Notes: a model not told the origin generated them from the sequence alone. Shown: positions 1 to 13,582, counted from the first letter of the stretch. The stretch is DNA of 64,000 nucleotides from Eledone cirrhosa (GCA_964016885.1 OZ024742.1:103168001-103232000), one strand, 5' to 3'. Made by a program: numbers and translations.

Positions 1-837
1 ATCCAAACATATCTGGCTGACCGTTAACATTCAAATCATTTAATTTAAGTTAGTTCAGAGTAATGAATAATATTTTAGGTTATAAAAGTTAATAAATATC
101 TGTATTAATATTAAAGTATACTATCATATTTAATTTATAAAATCAAATTTTATGAAATCAAATTTAAAAGATGTACAAATACGAGAAAGAAAACATAATG
201 TTTTTACATCCTCACGAAGGTAAACTTTACTAAATTTATTATATAATATTAAATTATTTATATTATATTGAAAATAGTTTACATTATATAATTTAGAAAA
301 TAGTTACAGTTATAATTTTTAAAGAATTTTAAGATTAACAATTTGAATGCCTAAAGGATCAACAGGCCTTATAATTAAACATAAAAAAGTTTGATTATTA
401 AATTATATATATGCGTTTATCAAAAAAATATACACAAAGATTATATTGTCTAAAGATTAAGATGATACCTCTCAATTATACATAACATAATACAATACAA
501 TAAATAAGTTACTGATAATATTGTTAAAATTAATGTTTTAGATCAATTATTATAATAGGATCATTTAATAGATATATACTATAAATATACAAGTCAAAAC
601 TTCATGAATCCTAAGGATAAGGACTAGATTCAAAATAAAAAGTGAAAAAGTAAAAACAATGAATTGTTTGCGATCATAAAAGTGCCCAATATAAAAAAAT
701 ATAGTTTAAAAAGTGCAAGAGATTTTTTTTTAAAATTTATGTAGTAGACTAACAACACTTCTAAAGTGTCCACAAAGATGATAGAAAGAGGAGCTAAGGA
801 TTTCAATGACCCGAAGGTAACCAGAATTTAATTAAAA

Positions 838-866
838 CTAGCTGACGTACCCAGCTTCGCCCGGGT
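838..866 (-). terminator. Helitron 3' terminal hairpin + CTAG
   Basis: ACCCGG-GCGAAG-CTGGGT stem-loop (849-866), 7 nt upstream of the terminal CTAG (838-841), followed by T. Confidence 0.85.
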
Positions 867-1692
867 AAACAGATGATAGAGAAGACAGGTAAAAGAGAAA
901 ATGACTGTATTGGATGTTTGTCTGGTTACAGTATGAGGCGAGTCCGTGTTGTCTGTGTGATACAAAAAAGAGTTAAAAAATCTTCCAGATATACCAGATT
1001 CTTCGTTGTACCGTTTGTGCATAGTGTATGAACAATTCTAGGTGCTCCCACCTAGAATAGTGACCTCTAGGAGAAGGTTCATCTTCTGCCTGACTGTAAA
1101 ACGTGTATCATTGCATAGATGTGGTTGTTCCACGTTTCTCAAAAGGATGATGGAAGTTCCAATCTTTTATATTATATGTAGATATAGATATAAATAATTA
1201 ATATAAAAGATGATGCTCAGCCAATTCGTCTTCAACCATCGCAGCATGCCGTCGCTGCTTGGCTCCAGTGTTTCGTTGGCGTTGTTCCGCCAGCTCCTCT
1301 TCATTCATGGCGGCTCGTCTTCGCCTCTGAAGTTCGGCGTTCCTATGGCGCTGTTTGGCCCGTTTTTCTTCATTCCTGGCTGCACGCCGTCGCCGCTGTA
1401 GTTCACTGTTTGATAAAGTCGAATTGCTTTTACTTTCTGTGGAACGCTGCACGCACGCACACATACATAAACATACGCGCACATACATACACACGCACAC
1501 ATGGCAATAGTTACAGCGTTCACTTTGCCTCTCTGTTTCTTACTCTCCCCTCTCACTCCCTCATTGGCATTATGCATATTAATTTAAATTTGGCGTCGTT
1601 GAGGTGGGCAGAGTCGTTTGAAACCTATGAACCAATGATAATCGAGAATTATGACACACGGAATACTGACATTGCTGAAATTAATATATAGA
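838..1692 (-). mobile_element. Non-autonomous 855-bp internal deletion derivative of the adjacent Helitron
   Basis: Mosaic of the neighbour: 1430-1692 matches ~7400-7651, 1209-1432 matches ~6933-7156, and ~853-1212 matches ~1695-2056. The junctions show short microhomologies (GATG, TTTTA). Confidence 0.9.
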
Positions 1693-1839
1693 CTAGCTTC
1701 GCCCGGGTAAACAGATGATAAGAGAAGACAGGTAAAAGAGAAAATGACTGTATTGGATGTTTGTCTGGTTACAGTATGAGACGAGTCTGTATTGTCTGTG
1801 TGATACAAAAAAGAGTTTAAAAAATCTTCCAGATTTACC

Positions 1840-2012
1840 AGATTCTTCGTTGTACCGTTTGTGCATAGTATATGAACAATTCTAGGTGCTCCCACCTAGA
1901 ATAGTGACCTCTAGGAAATGGTTCATCTTCTGCCTGACTGTAAAACGTGTATCATTGCATAGACGTGGTTGTTCCACGTTTCTCAAAAGGATGATGGAAG
2001 TTCCAATCTTTT
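1840..2012 (-). pseudogene. Remnant of a second, divergent Helitron Pif1 helicase C-terminus (second copy at ~1000-1170)
   Basis: Manual translation gives KIGTSIILLRNVEQPRLCNDTRFTVRQKMNHFLEVTIL, joined by a deletion to (S)R-VGAPRIVHILCTNGTTKNLV. This is paralogous to but different from LKKGMPIILLRNINHKMALCNGTRL...SRV at 2597-3025. Confidence 0.75.
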
Positions 2013-2596
2013 ATATTATATGTAGATATAGATATAGATAATTAATATAAAAGATGTCCGTCAATGTCAATGTAATGGTTTATAGAAATGGTTTATTGAA
2101 ATGGTTTATAGAAATGCCAAATTAATATGGATATGGATAACATGCTTATCTATAAGTGGTCAGCTATAATAATAAAACAACAAATTATATGACACAAAAA
2201 TTTATTCAGTAATTTCCAGGTCTTAGCCACTGAGTAATAGACAGTCAATATTGCCCAGAGTTCAACTCGAGGAGGTGGCCTGGTTTGAACTCCAAATAGC
2301 GGCTCCTACTTCGAAAATAGAATCGTTTTTCAATATTACTCTAGCCCTGGCCGGCCATAGGCACCAAACTTTTTGCCAGACTCAGCATATGATGAAGTTT
2401 TATTACCACTGCAATCAGAAGCGATAAATTTGAAGGCAATTTCTACCAATACTTGTTGGTTTTTATTGCTCATTATCGACAATAAATGACATTGAACATA
2501 AATGATAACTCTGTCAAAGCTCACAATACTGATGAAAGGTCACCAATGTCCGAATCATTTACGTCGCTTATTGATAGCATTAAAGATATGCATACA

Positions 2597-5500
2597 TCAG
2601 CTCAAAGCTTCATTATAGACAATATTCAGGGTTGTTCCTCTGTTAGTGGTATCAATTGCAAATTTTATACCATAAGGATCGCACACTCGAGATGCAGCAA
2701 CATACAGTTGCCCATGGCTGAATGCTGGATCATTCAAGTAGACACCGACTCGCTTGAAAGTCTGTGCCTGTGCCTTGTTGACAGTCATGAAGAAGGCCAA
2801 ATTGACGGGAAACTGTCTCCTTTGCCAAATGAATGGCAGCAGATCATCACTTGGTCTCAGCATGATCCTCGGAATGAGAACCGATTCCTCTCTGCCTGGG
2901 AGTTTAGCTTCTAAAACTCTTCCGTTAATCAATTTCTCAACAATCAATCTGGTACCATTGCAAAGAGCCATTTTATGATTGATATTTCTAAGCAATATAA
3001 TCGGCATACCCTTTTTCAACCTCAAAATATGTGGGGGAAATCAGGGTATTTGAAGTGAATTCAGATACTCAGTCGGAACATCCATATTGTTCTGCTGATT
3101 AGGCTCCATTGCATCCGCACTGACGGTCAACCATTCCTCTCCAGGAAACATTCAGGCTACTTGTGAATTTATTTCATCGTATGAGTTAGAATAACGCGTT
3201 CCGATATCCAGGAGATATTCTGCCAAAAAGCATTCAAATTAGAGAACACCCAGTCAATCAATGCTTGGCGGTCCAGAGGCATGACCAAATGGTCTGGGAT
3301 TCTTACAGTCTGATTATCACCAACGTGTGGCAATTCCTCGTTTCCCAACTGCATCAACCATCGGCCGTATGTCTCAGCCTCTTCATTTTGCCCGAACATA
3401 CGAAGTCGCATATTATCGTGTAATCGCAAAACTCTGAAATGGCGCCACAACGGGGACTTTTTCAGACATGCATCGACAATTTGCGCTCTTTGATCATTCC
3501 TAACAATTGGTAGCACCTGTCTGAAATCGCCACCAATAACGATAATCTTACCATCGAATGGCAGGTCACTACCGCAGATATCTCTCAAAGTTTTGTCCAA
3601 TGCCCCCAGCAAATATCTGTGTGCCATTGGAGCCTCGTCCCAAATAATCAGAGACGTATTGCTTATAAGGCCCGAGAGTTCACTTTGTCCTGTAATGTTA
3701 CAGACACTCAACTCATCCGGAGTCAATAGAACCTTGAAGCATGAGTGGAAGGTCCTTCCACCACTCAGCAAAGTGGCAGCGATCCCACTGGTGGCCACAG
3801 GGAGAGCAATCTTCCTCTGAGCTCTGATAACATAGTGTTGATAACATAGTGTTGAAACAGAATGTCTTTCCGGTGCCTCCTGGAGCATCTATGAAAGCAC
3901 ACAGTTGCTCATTAGTGGAAATCGAGTGGAGAACGCCATCGACCAATTCTCTCTGAGATTGGGTCAACCATTGGCATACGTTCATCCACAATACGTTGCT
4001 GTTCCAGTGGATCAAACTGGAATAGTTCCCTCCGATCGAGTGGCAACCGTCTAAGCTGCAATCTCATGTTCAATGCTAAGACACGTTGCCGCATTTCTTC
4101 ATCAGGAATTGGCAAATTGAAATCACTTAGACATTTCAAATGAACTACAAGCAGTTGCTCAATATTGAGCAAAACAATAGCCTTCATCAAATTTTCATCA
4201 TCGACCTGAAGATGATGCCTAAAATCATCAGCCATAATTCCCCAATGGCGTTCAAATAACTCTCTTGGATCGGCAGGATTGCAGAATCCTAGAATAGTGA
4301 CAAACAACTGTCTTATTTGAGCAGGCATCTGTGTTGTTCCTACAGCTTCCATGGCGTTATTCCATTCAGCGTCATCCTGAAGGAGCCCCAGATGTTGACA
4401 CACAGCCTGGTATGTTTCATATTCCACGCCATTGATTGTTTTCAAATCAGCGAAGCTATGTTTACCTCTCGAAAAATCACTATGCAACAGAATTCGGAGA
4501 TAAAACACATCACCAGATGCTGGATGGACATTACAAACCCGTCCAATAGTCATGATTCTCAACTTTTGTTTTCTATCATTCCATTTCTTTCCTTTCTTAT
4601 CCCACGTATAGTGCGAAGGGAAATCGCAGTAGAGTTGCCTTTGATCCGGGTTCAAAGCATGTTCCCTATTATGCCTGAACCACTCAGTCAATTCCGTCTT
4701 AGGAGGTGGTGCGTTATCAATTCTTTCCACACCTCTTCTAGTGTCCTGAAAAGAGACCATTTGCCTATTCTCTAAGTGAACCCTCAGTTTCTGAACGCTG
4801 GGTTTGCGTTCATTGAGATGAAAATCGAACAATCTCCAGCAAGCTTCGCTAGATCCAATCGAGCGAACATCCTGGAACCTGCCAACTTCATCTCCTTGGT
4901 TCGCTTCCTCATTCCTGACATTGATCATTGCTCGATCATGACCTTTGTAAACATATTTCAATAGATATTTGCAAGCTTTCACTGAGCTACAAATTTCCAC
5001 ATTAATATGACAACGATATTTTATAATCAAATATGGATTGTATGGCACAACCCATTGATTTGTAACCTGTCGACCGTTTACATTTTCGATCAAACCGCCA
5101 TCGGCAGGCGACCGTCTTCTGTATGAGGGATGAGCATCCCCATCGTTCCAGGAAGTGTTCGTGACAAAAGATTTCGGAAAGTGCTTACTGCATTGGCCAT
5201 TTTTCATGCAAGGCGCTTTCCGATTTGCCACTCCGCATTGTTTGTGCACCATTGACTTTGCCACCAAGTTACGTAGTGCCTCATTCTCCGGCAGTTCAGC
5301 ACACACAATGCTGTCGACATCCTCAGCACATCTCAATTTGCAATCTCTATGTAAAATGATTAGCAAATGTGCATGTGGCAATCCTCTTTTTTGGAATTCA
5401 ATTACGTATGTAAAAGCAACTATACCTCCAAAGATTCCCTCTTTTTCCACATCATCCATTATCTTTTTCAGATATCCTTTGAATACTCTTGCCACAATAT

Positions 5501-7170
5501 CAGGACGGTCCTTTCGCTGTTGTCCTGGCAAAAGTGCATCCTTAATATCAATCCATTCAGGATTGCATGTAACCGTTATAAACAAATCTGGCTTTCCAAA
5601 CTTTCTGATAGCGAATGCTCATATATCTCGGGCCGCCGATGAACGACGATGGCAAAATGATGCGTCGACCAATTTGCTTGTAATTGGCATCATCGGCTGT
5701 TATCGCATCCTGTATATTATTATACAATTCAGCTCTGATATGTTGCTGATGTGTAGCTATATAATTTAGCCTTTGATTTTCGATCTTTGCGAATGCCATA
5801 CAACAGTATTCCTGGAACAATCTGCTGGCTTGAAATAGTGCATTTCTCTGTTGATTCTTCTCGTTCAAATGGAACGCGTAAAAGTCGCGAATCGAATTAT
5901 TGTGTCTATTGCCACCTCCCTGTTGATGCTGATTCTCATGATCATCTAAATGAACAGACATGTTCCATCCATTTTCACCTTTTGGGAATAAAAGAACATA
6001 ATGCAATGGATCGTATGCCCTATTTGACTCATTGATAGTCTTGAGACCACCATCTCTGCGATTGAGGACGATATCTCTCGATCCAGGCTTATCGTCCATC
6101 AACACAGCAACTTCACGAAATCCTTCAGGGGCATTATATCGCCGTTCGTGTTGATTCCTTGGCACTGCGTCAGCCTTAATCACTAATGTTTGCGGCTGAA
6201 CATTTTGCAGTTCAGCCACCAACATGAAATCGATAACATAAGGATTACACTGTCTAAGCCATGATTGCAAATCACGGATCAAATCACTTAACCTTTGCCG
6301 TTCAAGTTCAGTTATATTTCCCGGCAACTTCATCCAACCGATCCTGATATCCTCCTCCGCTTCACTATAATCTGGATCGTTAACGTAAATTTGAGCGAAT
6401 CGAGGCCTCTCTCCTGGGGTAACTTCTAAATTACCAATACAATGATACAAACAGCCTTGAATGACTACATTCGGTTGCCATGCTCCACTCTCAAACATCT
6501 CACTAACTCTCTGCGATGCTAAAGCTAATGAATTGTTAATTTGCCGCGAATATTTGCGCAGTATTCTACCTCGGTCTCCTTGATCACCCCACATACTTAG
6601 TATTTTAAACTCCGGTGACTCCTCATCATCTGGCATTCGCAAGGGTTCTAGTTGAACTGCTCCTTTATGACAGCACATTGTGGACCACGTCTTTTCGTGC
6701 CTCCAAAGCAATGCTCCACAATGTGGACACTCTGCTCGTCCACCAATCTGAAAATGACACAGTTGCCATCATCCATTTTTAATATCATTCGTTCGCCTTC
6801 TGGCCTCTTTACTGGAATGAGGAGCACTTTAGCGACACATTCTCTGAACTTCCGTATTGCGCTGGCGCTGTTCAGCCAGTTCCTCTTCATCCATCGCAGC
6901 ACGCCGTTGCTGCTGAATTCTGGCCATCTGCTGATGATGCTCAGCCAATTCGTCTTCAACCATCGCAGCACGCCGTCGCTGCTTGGCTCCAGTGTTTCGT
7001 TAGCGTTGTTCCGCCAGCTCCTCTTCATTCATGGCGGCACGTCTTCGCCTCTGAAGTTCGGCGTCCCGATGGCGCTGTTCGGCCCGTTTTTCTTCATTGC
7101 TGGCTGCACGCCGTCGCCGCTGTAGTTCACTGTTTGATAAAGTCGGATTGCTTTTATTATCAGTATTCAT
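2597..7170 (-). pseudogene. Helitron RepHel transposase (HUH Rep + Pif1-family SF1 helicase), frameshifted
   Basis: Split over ORFs 5557-6711, 3912-5585, 3713-4015, 3169-3888 and 2597-3025. Motifs: CPHC...CC Zn motif; Rep motifs FITVTCNP, YVIEFQKRGLPHAHLL (HUH) and KYLLKYVYKG; helicase motifs FIDAPGGTGKT, IIWDEAPM, GGDFRQVLP and FSHGQLYVAASRV. A 14-nt tandem duplication at ~3826-3853 breaks the frame. Likely ATG at 7170. Confidence 0.95.
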
Positions 7171-8352
7171 TTCGAGCAATTGTCAAAAATTGACACAATA
7201 ATAAATCTAAAAATGTCCGTCAATGTAAAGAAAGGTCCCTATTTACTCCCTTCACAACTCTATGTATGTTAGACTAAGAGAGGGGCACACAGACAGATAA
7301 ACTGCGTGGCGATTGTGGAACGCCACACACATACACGCATGGAAACGCGTACACGCACGCAAACTTACACACGCACACACTCACACATGTTGATAGTTTT
7401 TACTTTCTGTGGAATGCTGCACGCACGCACACACACATAAACATACGCGCAAGTACATACACACGCACACATGTTAATAGTTATTGAACACAGCGTTCAC
7501 ACTCTCCCCTCTCACTCCTTCATTGGCATTATGCATATTAATTTCAGTTTGGCGTCGTTGAGGTGGGCGGAGTCGTTTGAAACCTATGAACCAATGATAA
7601 TCGAGAATTATGACACACGGAATACTGACGTTCTTGAAATTAATAAATAGATAAATTAAATTAACTAATAATCGTTACATAATTTAGAACATTAAGAAAA
7701 TATCTAACAATTATAACAATAGAGAGTCATTTAAGTATCCAAATTACTTATAAATGTAACTAGGAACATGTTATTATACTAGATAAACAGATTTGTTCAA
7801 ATATATAGAGAGAGTATTATAGGTATTAGTGAAATGATATACATATAATAAACAAATAATTACAATCATTATTAGTAATGTTATAATTGTAGTTTTACAT
7901 CCAGTTCAGTGGAAAGAAAGACCAATATTTGTCGACTAGTATCATTTGTGATATTTATACCTAAATATATATAAAAAAAATAAAAATGTACAAATCTAAC
8001 TTTCTGAATCCTAAAACATACTCAAAATGAGTAAAATATATAAATGCATGAAGGATTTACGGTTCAATTATAACCGGTAATCTTATAAGTTATATATCCA
8101 AATTATATATTTAAAACAAATACTAATATATAAGGATCCCAATCTAAATTATATATAATCCAAAGGTATGCATATTCATCAAGAGAACATGTTAACAAAT
8201 AATATGTTTATATACCTAAACAGGACCCTTTAGTCTAACATTAATTCTATCATAAATGAATAGAAAATAAAACATTATTAAAGTTTTAAAATCTGTTATA
8301 ACGTTTTAGGTACACAGTTGATAAGAGACGTCCAAAATTAAAACGTGTTTAT

Positions 8353-9786
8353 TTAGTGTTTTTTCTTGACTTTTTGCGAGGCTTGGAATGTAGACAAAGC
8401 TTTATGAAGGCAGTTTGAGAATAATTCACTTTTTCCGTTAATTAAGTTTTCATAATTAGTAATTATTAATAGGGTCTCCATGGTACAGAGGTTGCAGTTA
8501 TGTGATATTGACGAATTCAAGTTAATTCTACTATTACATTGATTCGTCCAAAAAATCGAGTATTTTAAATTTTTGTCTTTTAATGACCATATATGTTGTG
8601 ATAAAGAAGTCGAAGACTTCCTATTAGGATTCGAAAAAGAGCATTTATGATTCCCAAATCTCGATTTAAATGTCGAAGAAGTTGCCCCTATATAGTTGTA
8701 TGTGATGTTATTTGCTTTTACGGTGCATTTATACACCAAATTACTATCCAGACAATTATTTTGCAGAGGGGAATCTAGCTTATTTCTACAATTACATTTC
8801 GATTTATTATTATTATAATTTATATTAACACTATTATTACTTCGAAATGTTCTATTGATAGTGCTTATATTGCTGTTAATGTTATTGTTATTCATAGTAT
8901 CAATATTGTTAGTGTTATTATATTCATTATTGTTAAATGTATGCTGATTATGGTTTAGAATTCTACTATTTAATTTAACGATGTTTTGGGCCATATTCAT
9001 AGTTGTAGAATAAGAAAGCTTAGTTGTGTGTCTATTAAATATGGAGCGGTATTTATGTTGAATAGGGAAGGAATTATCTAAAGCTTTAAAGAATAGATTA
9101 GCGAGTGGTGTTTTTATTGCTACAGAAGCAGAGGGGGGCGGGGGACCATATAACTGATTTAGTTCTGTTTTTTCCCCCCGATTTATTCACAGTACTGGTG
9201 TTTGAATTATAATTTTTAGAATTTCGTTTAAACATGTCAGTGATTATTATTTTTATCAAGGTTTATAATTCAAATTATTATTGTCTATATATTCTATATT
9301 ATTTTTATAACCTGCCTTTCTTAGCGCATCATTGTAATATCCTGCTTTTTCATCAAATATGGATTTATTAGCAGATATTCTAGTTATGCGTTTCTGTACA
9401 CTATTGACAATTGCATTTTTCACAGATTTAGGGTGATTAGAGTAATAACTATCGTAATTTAAGTTTTCATTGGGCTTATGGAAAGGGTAATAAAAACCTG
9501 AGTTTAAGTTAAGGGTAACATCACGGAAATTAACTATTTTGGTACCACATTCAACCTCTAATTTAAGGTCGTAATTTTTACAGAATTAAATTATAGTTTT
9601 CTTAACCCTATTTAGTTCTGTATTCTTATGTTTGACAACCGTAAATAAAATATTGTGCCTATATAAACCACCAGTAATCTCCGGCAGTTTTCTATTTACC
9701 ATATTTAAGATGAACATCCCCAGAAGATCCGTGACCTGCGCTGAGTCCAATGGTCCCATGGTAACGTCAAAGTTTCTATTCCTATC
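8353..9786 (-). mobile_element. Penelope-like retroelement remnant (RT C-terminal half + C-terminal GIY-YIG endonuclease), possibly Hydra-clade-like
   Basis: RT segments FDVTMGPLDSAQVTDLLGMFILN, GLYRHN (degenerate YRDD), VNFRDVTLNL, SNHPKSV and YNDALRKAGY. EN ORF 8353-9000 has CNC...PL...C, LVY...YIG, FKSRFGNHK, LSQHIWSLK and CNLC. The clade assignment is inference from motif recall. Confidence 0.85.
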
Positions 9787-9787
9787 G

Positions 9788-9856
9788 GCTGTACAAAAGG
9801 GTTTATTTACAATATATCTTGTTATCCCATACAGTATATATATATATGTGTTGGTG

Positions 9857-9914
<58 letters not shown>

Positions 9915-9988
9915 CATACATACACACATATATATATATGCTGTATAGGATAACAAGATATATTGTAAATAAAGCCTTTTTGTACAGC
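9788..9988. repeat. Inverted-repeat (MITE-like) element with ~60-bp imperfect arms around a (TA)n tract, at the upstream break of the PLE RT remnant
   Basis: gctgtacaaaagggtttatttacaatatatcttgttatcccatacag is mirrored by ctgtataggataacaagatatattgtaaataaagcctttttgtacagc. Confidence 0.7.
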
Positions 9989-10564
9989 TGACCAGGTTAT
10001 TCTTCATTCTTTTACTATATACCTGAATAGGTCATTGTTTGGGTGAGAGGGGGAACTGCCTAGGCGAATTTCGTTGAACTCTGCGGTAGCTAATGGTCAA
10101 CTTCCTTCGGACCTGCGCCTGCGCAGACCGGTGGGGGGTGAGTTGGTACTCACAAGGGAACGGACGAAGAACCCGAGAGCACACACTTCGTCCGTTCCCA
10201 TGTCGATTCAATTTGGATTGCCTCGGAAACATAACCTTATTATGTAACAAGCTCTCTGACAATGTCGCGACACTGGCGCACGGAACAGTGTGGCCACTGT
10301 CGCCATTGAAATATATATCACAGCATTATTATTAAAGGACTAGAACATCTGAAACTACTTCGCTTTTCCTTATTCTCTCTCTCTATATATATATATTTAT
10401 ACACACACGAGTGGCTTATGCCCTGGTTCTATCTACCAAATTCTACGTACCAGGCATAGGTCAATATGACAGTGTAACAATTACATTTACTCTCTACAAT
10501 GCAGATGTGTGTGAGCACCATATCCGACGTGAAGTGTAATCAGCTGTATGTGATGACAGATTCC

Positions 10565-10892
10565 TCATCACCACCGCAACCGTCATCATCACCATCACCA
10601 CCACTATCATCACCATCACTATTATCATCACCACCACTATCAATACCATCACTACCCATATCATCACCACCACTATCATACCCCCCCCCCCAATCATCAT
10701 CATCATTATCAACATTATCACCACCACTATCATCGTCACCACCACTATCAATATCATCACCACTATCAATATCATCACCACTATCAACATCATCATCATC
10801 ACCACTATCACCACCACCACTAACATCACCACCACTATCATCATCATCACCACCACCACTATCATCACCACCACCACCACCACTATCATTAT

Positions 10893-10924
<32 letters not shown>

Positions 10925-11028
10925 CCGACCACCACCACCACCACCGCCACCACCACCAACAACAACAACAACAATACCGACCACCACCACCACCACCACC
11001 AACAACAATACCGACCACCACCACCACC

Positions 11029-11060
<32 letters not shown>

Positions 11061-11175
11061 CAGCAATACCGACCACCACCACCACCACCGCCACCACCAC
11101 CAACAACAACAACAACAGCAATACCGACCACCACCACCACCACCACCAACAACAATACCGACCACCACCACCACC

Positions 11176-11209
<34 letters not shown>

Positions 11210-11414
11210 CCGACCACCACCACCACCACCGCCACCACCACCAACAACAACAACAACAATACCGACCACCACCACCACCACCACCAACAACAATACCGAC
11301 CACCACCACCACCACCGCCACCACCACCAACAACAACAACAACAATACCGACCACCACCACCACCACCGCCACCACCACCAACAACAACAACAACAATAC
11401 CCACCACCACCACC

Positions 11415-11446
<32 letters not shown>

Positions 11447-11671
11447 CAGCAATACCGACCACCACCACCACCACCGCCACCACCACCAACAACAACAACA
11501 ACAATACCGACCACCACCACCACCACCGCCACCACCACCAACAACAACAACAACAGCAATACCGACCACCACCACCACCACCACCGCCACCACCACCAAC
11601 AACAACAACAACAATACCGACCACCACCACCCCCACCACCAACAACAATACCGACCACCACCACCACCACC

Positions 11672-11703
<32 letters not shown>

Positions 11704-11926
11704 CAGCAATACCGACCACCACCACCACCACCGCCACCACCACCAACAACAACAACAACAATACCGACCACCACCACCACCACCACCAACAACAATACCG
11801 ACCACCACCACCACCACCACCAACAACAATACCGACCACCACCACCACCACTACCACCACCAACAACAACAACAACAACAACAATACCGACCACCACCAC
11901 CAACAACAACAACAACACCGACCACC

Positions 11927-11960
<34 letters not shown>

Positions 11961-11966
11961 CCGACC

Positions 11967-12000
<34 letters not shown>

Positions 12001-12006
12001 CCGACC

Positions 12007-12038
<32 letters not shown>

Positions 12039-12055
12039 CAATACCGACCACCTCC

Positions 12056-12089
<34 letters not shown>

Positions 12090-12107
12090 CCGACCACCAC
12101 CACCACC

Positions 12108-12139
<32 letters not shown>

Positions 12140-12156
12140 CAACAATACCGACCACC

Positions 12157-12188
<32 letters not shown>

Positions 12189-12217
12189 CAATACCGACCA
12201 CCACCACCACCACCACC

Positions 12218-12251
<34 letters not shown>

Positions 12252-12266
12252 CCGACCACCACCACC

Positions 12267-12298
<32 letters not shown>

Positions 12299-12309
12299 AA
12301 ATATCGACC

Positions 12310-12341
<32 letters not shown>

Positions 12342-12355
12342 CAATACCGACCACC

Positions 12356-12389
<34 letters not shown>

Positions 12390-12398
12390 CCGACCACC

Positions 12399-12432
<34 letters not shown>

Positions 12433-12549
12433 CCGACCACCACCACCATCCACAACCACCAACAACAACAACAACAATACCGACCACCACCACGACCACC
12501 ACCACCACCACCACCAACAAGAACAACAATACCGACCACCACCACGACC

Positions 12550-12583
<34 letters not shown>

Positions 12584-12914
12584 GCGACCACCACCATCGC
12601 CACCACCACCAACATCAATACCGACCGCTACCACCACCAACAACAACAACAACAATACCGACCACCACCACCACCACCATCACCACCACCAACAACAACA
12701 ACAACAATACCGACCACCACCACCGCCACCACCGCCACCACCACCAACAACAATACCGACTGCCACCACCACCACCACCATCAACAACAATACCGACCAC
12801 CACCACCACCACCGCCACCACCACCAACAACAACAACAACAATACCGACCACCACCACCACCACCGCCACCACCACCAACAACAACAACAACAATACCCA
12901 CCACCACCACCACC

Positions 12915-12945
<31 letters not shown>

Positions 12946-13158
12946 GCAATACCGACCACCACCACCACCACCGCCACCACCACCAACAACAACAACAACA
13001 ATACCGACCACCACCACCACCACCGCCACCACCACCAACAACAACAACAACAGCAATACCGACCACCACCACCACCACCGCCACCACCACCAACAACAAC
13101 AACAACAATACCGACCACCACCACCACCACCACCACCACCACCACCACCACCACCACC

Positions 13159-13189
<31 letters not shown>

Positions 13190-13299
13190 GCAATACCGAC
13201 CACCACCACCACCACCGCCACCACCACCACCACCACCAACAACAATACCGACCACCACCACCACCACCACCAACAACAATACCGACCACCACCACCACC

Positions 13300-13331
<32 letters not shown>

Positions 13332-13357
13332 CAATACCGACCACCACCACCACCACC

Positions 13358-13389
<32 letters not shown>

Positions 13390-13428
13390 CAATACCGACC
13401 ACCACCACCAACAACAACAACAACACCG

Positions 13429-13460
<32 letters not shown>

Positions 13461-13502
13461 CAACAATACCGACCACCACCACCAACAACAACAACAACAC
13501 CG

Positions 13503-13534
<32 letters not shown>

Positions 13535-13548
13535 CAATACCGACCACC

Positions 13549-13582
<34 letters not shown>

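Larger units (their letters stand above)
838..7651 (-). mobile_element. Helitron rolling-circle transposon locus (defective autonomous copy 1693-7651 plus tandem deletion derivative 838-1692)
   Basis: On the minus strand it starts TCTATTTATTAATTTC at 7651 and ends ...ACCCGGGCGAAGCTGGGTACGTCAG-CTAG at 838. It is inserted between A and T with no TSD and contains RepHel coding remnants. Confidence 0.92.

Noticed and set aside
795-830. Hammerhead-like CATTGAAAT with a small UUCG hairpin on the minus strand beside the Helitron end
   Set aside because: No CUGANGA core and no stem I.
2338-2365. Possible original Helitron 3' end (palindrome TGGCCGGCCA next to CTAG)
   Set aside because: Spacing and hairpin geometry do not fit the usual terminus.
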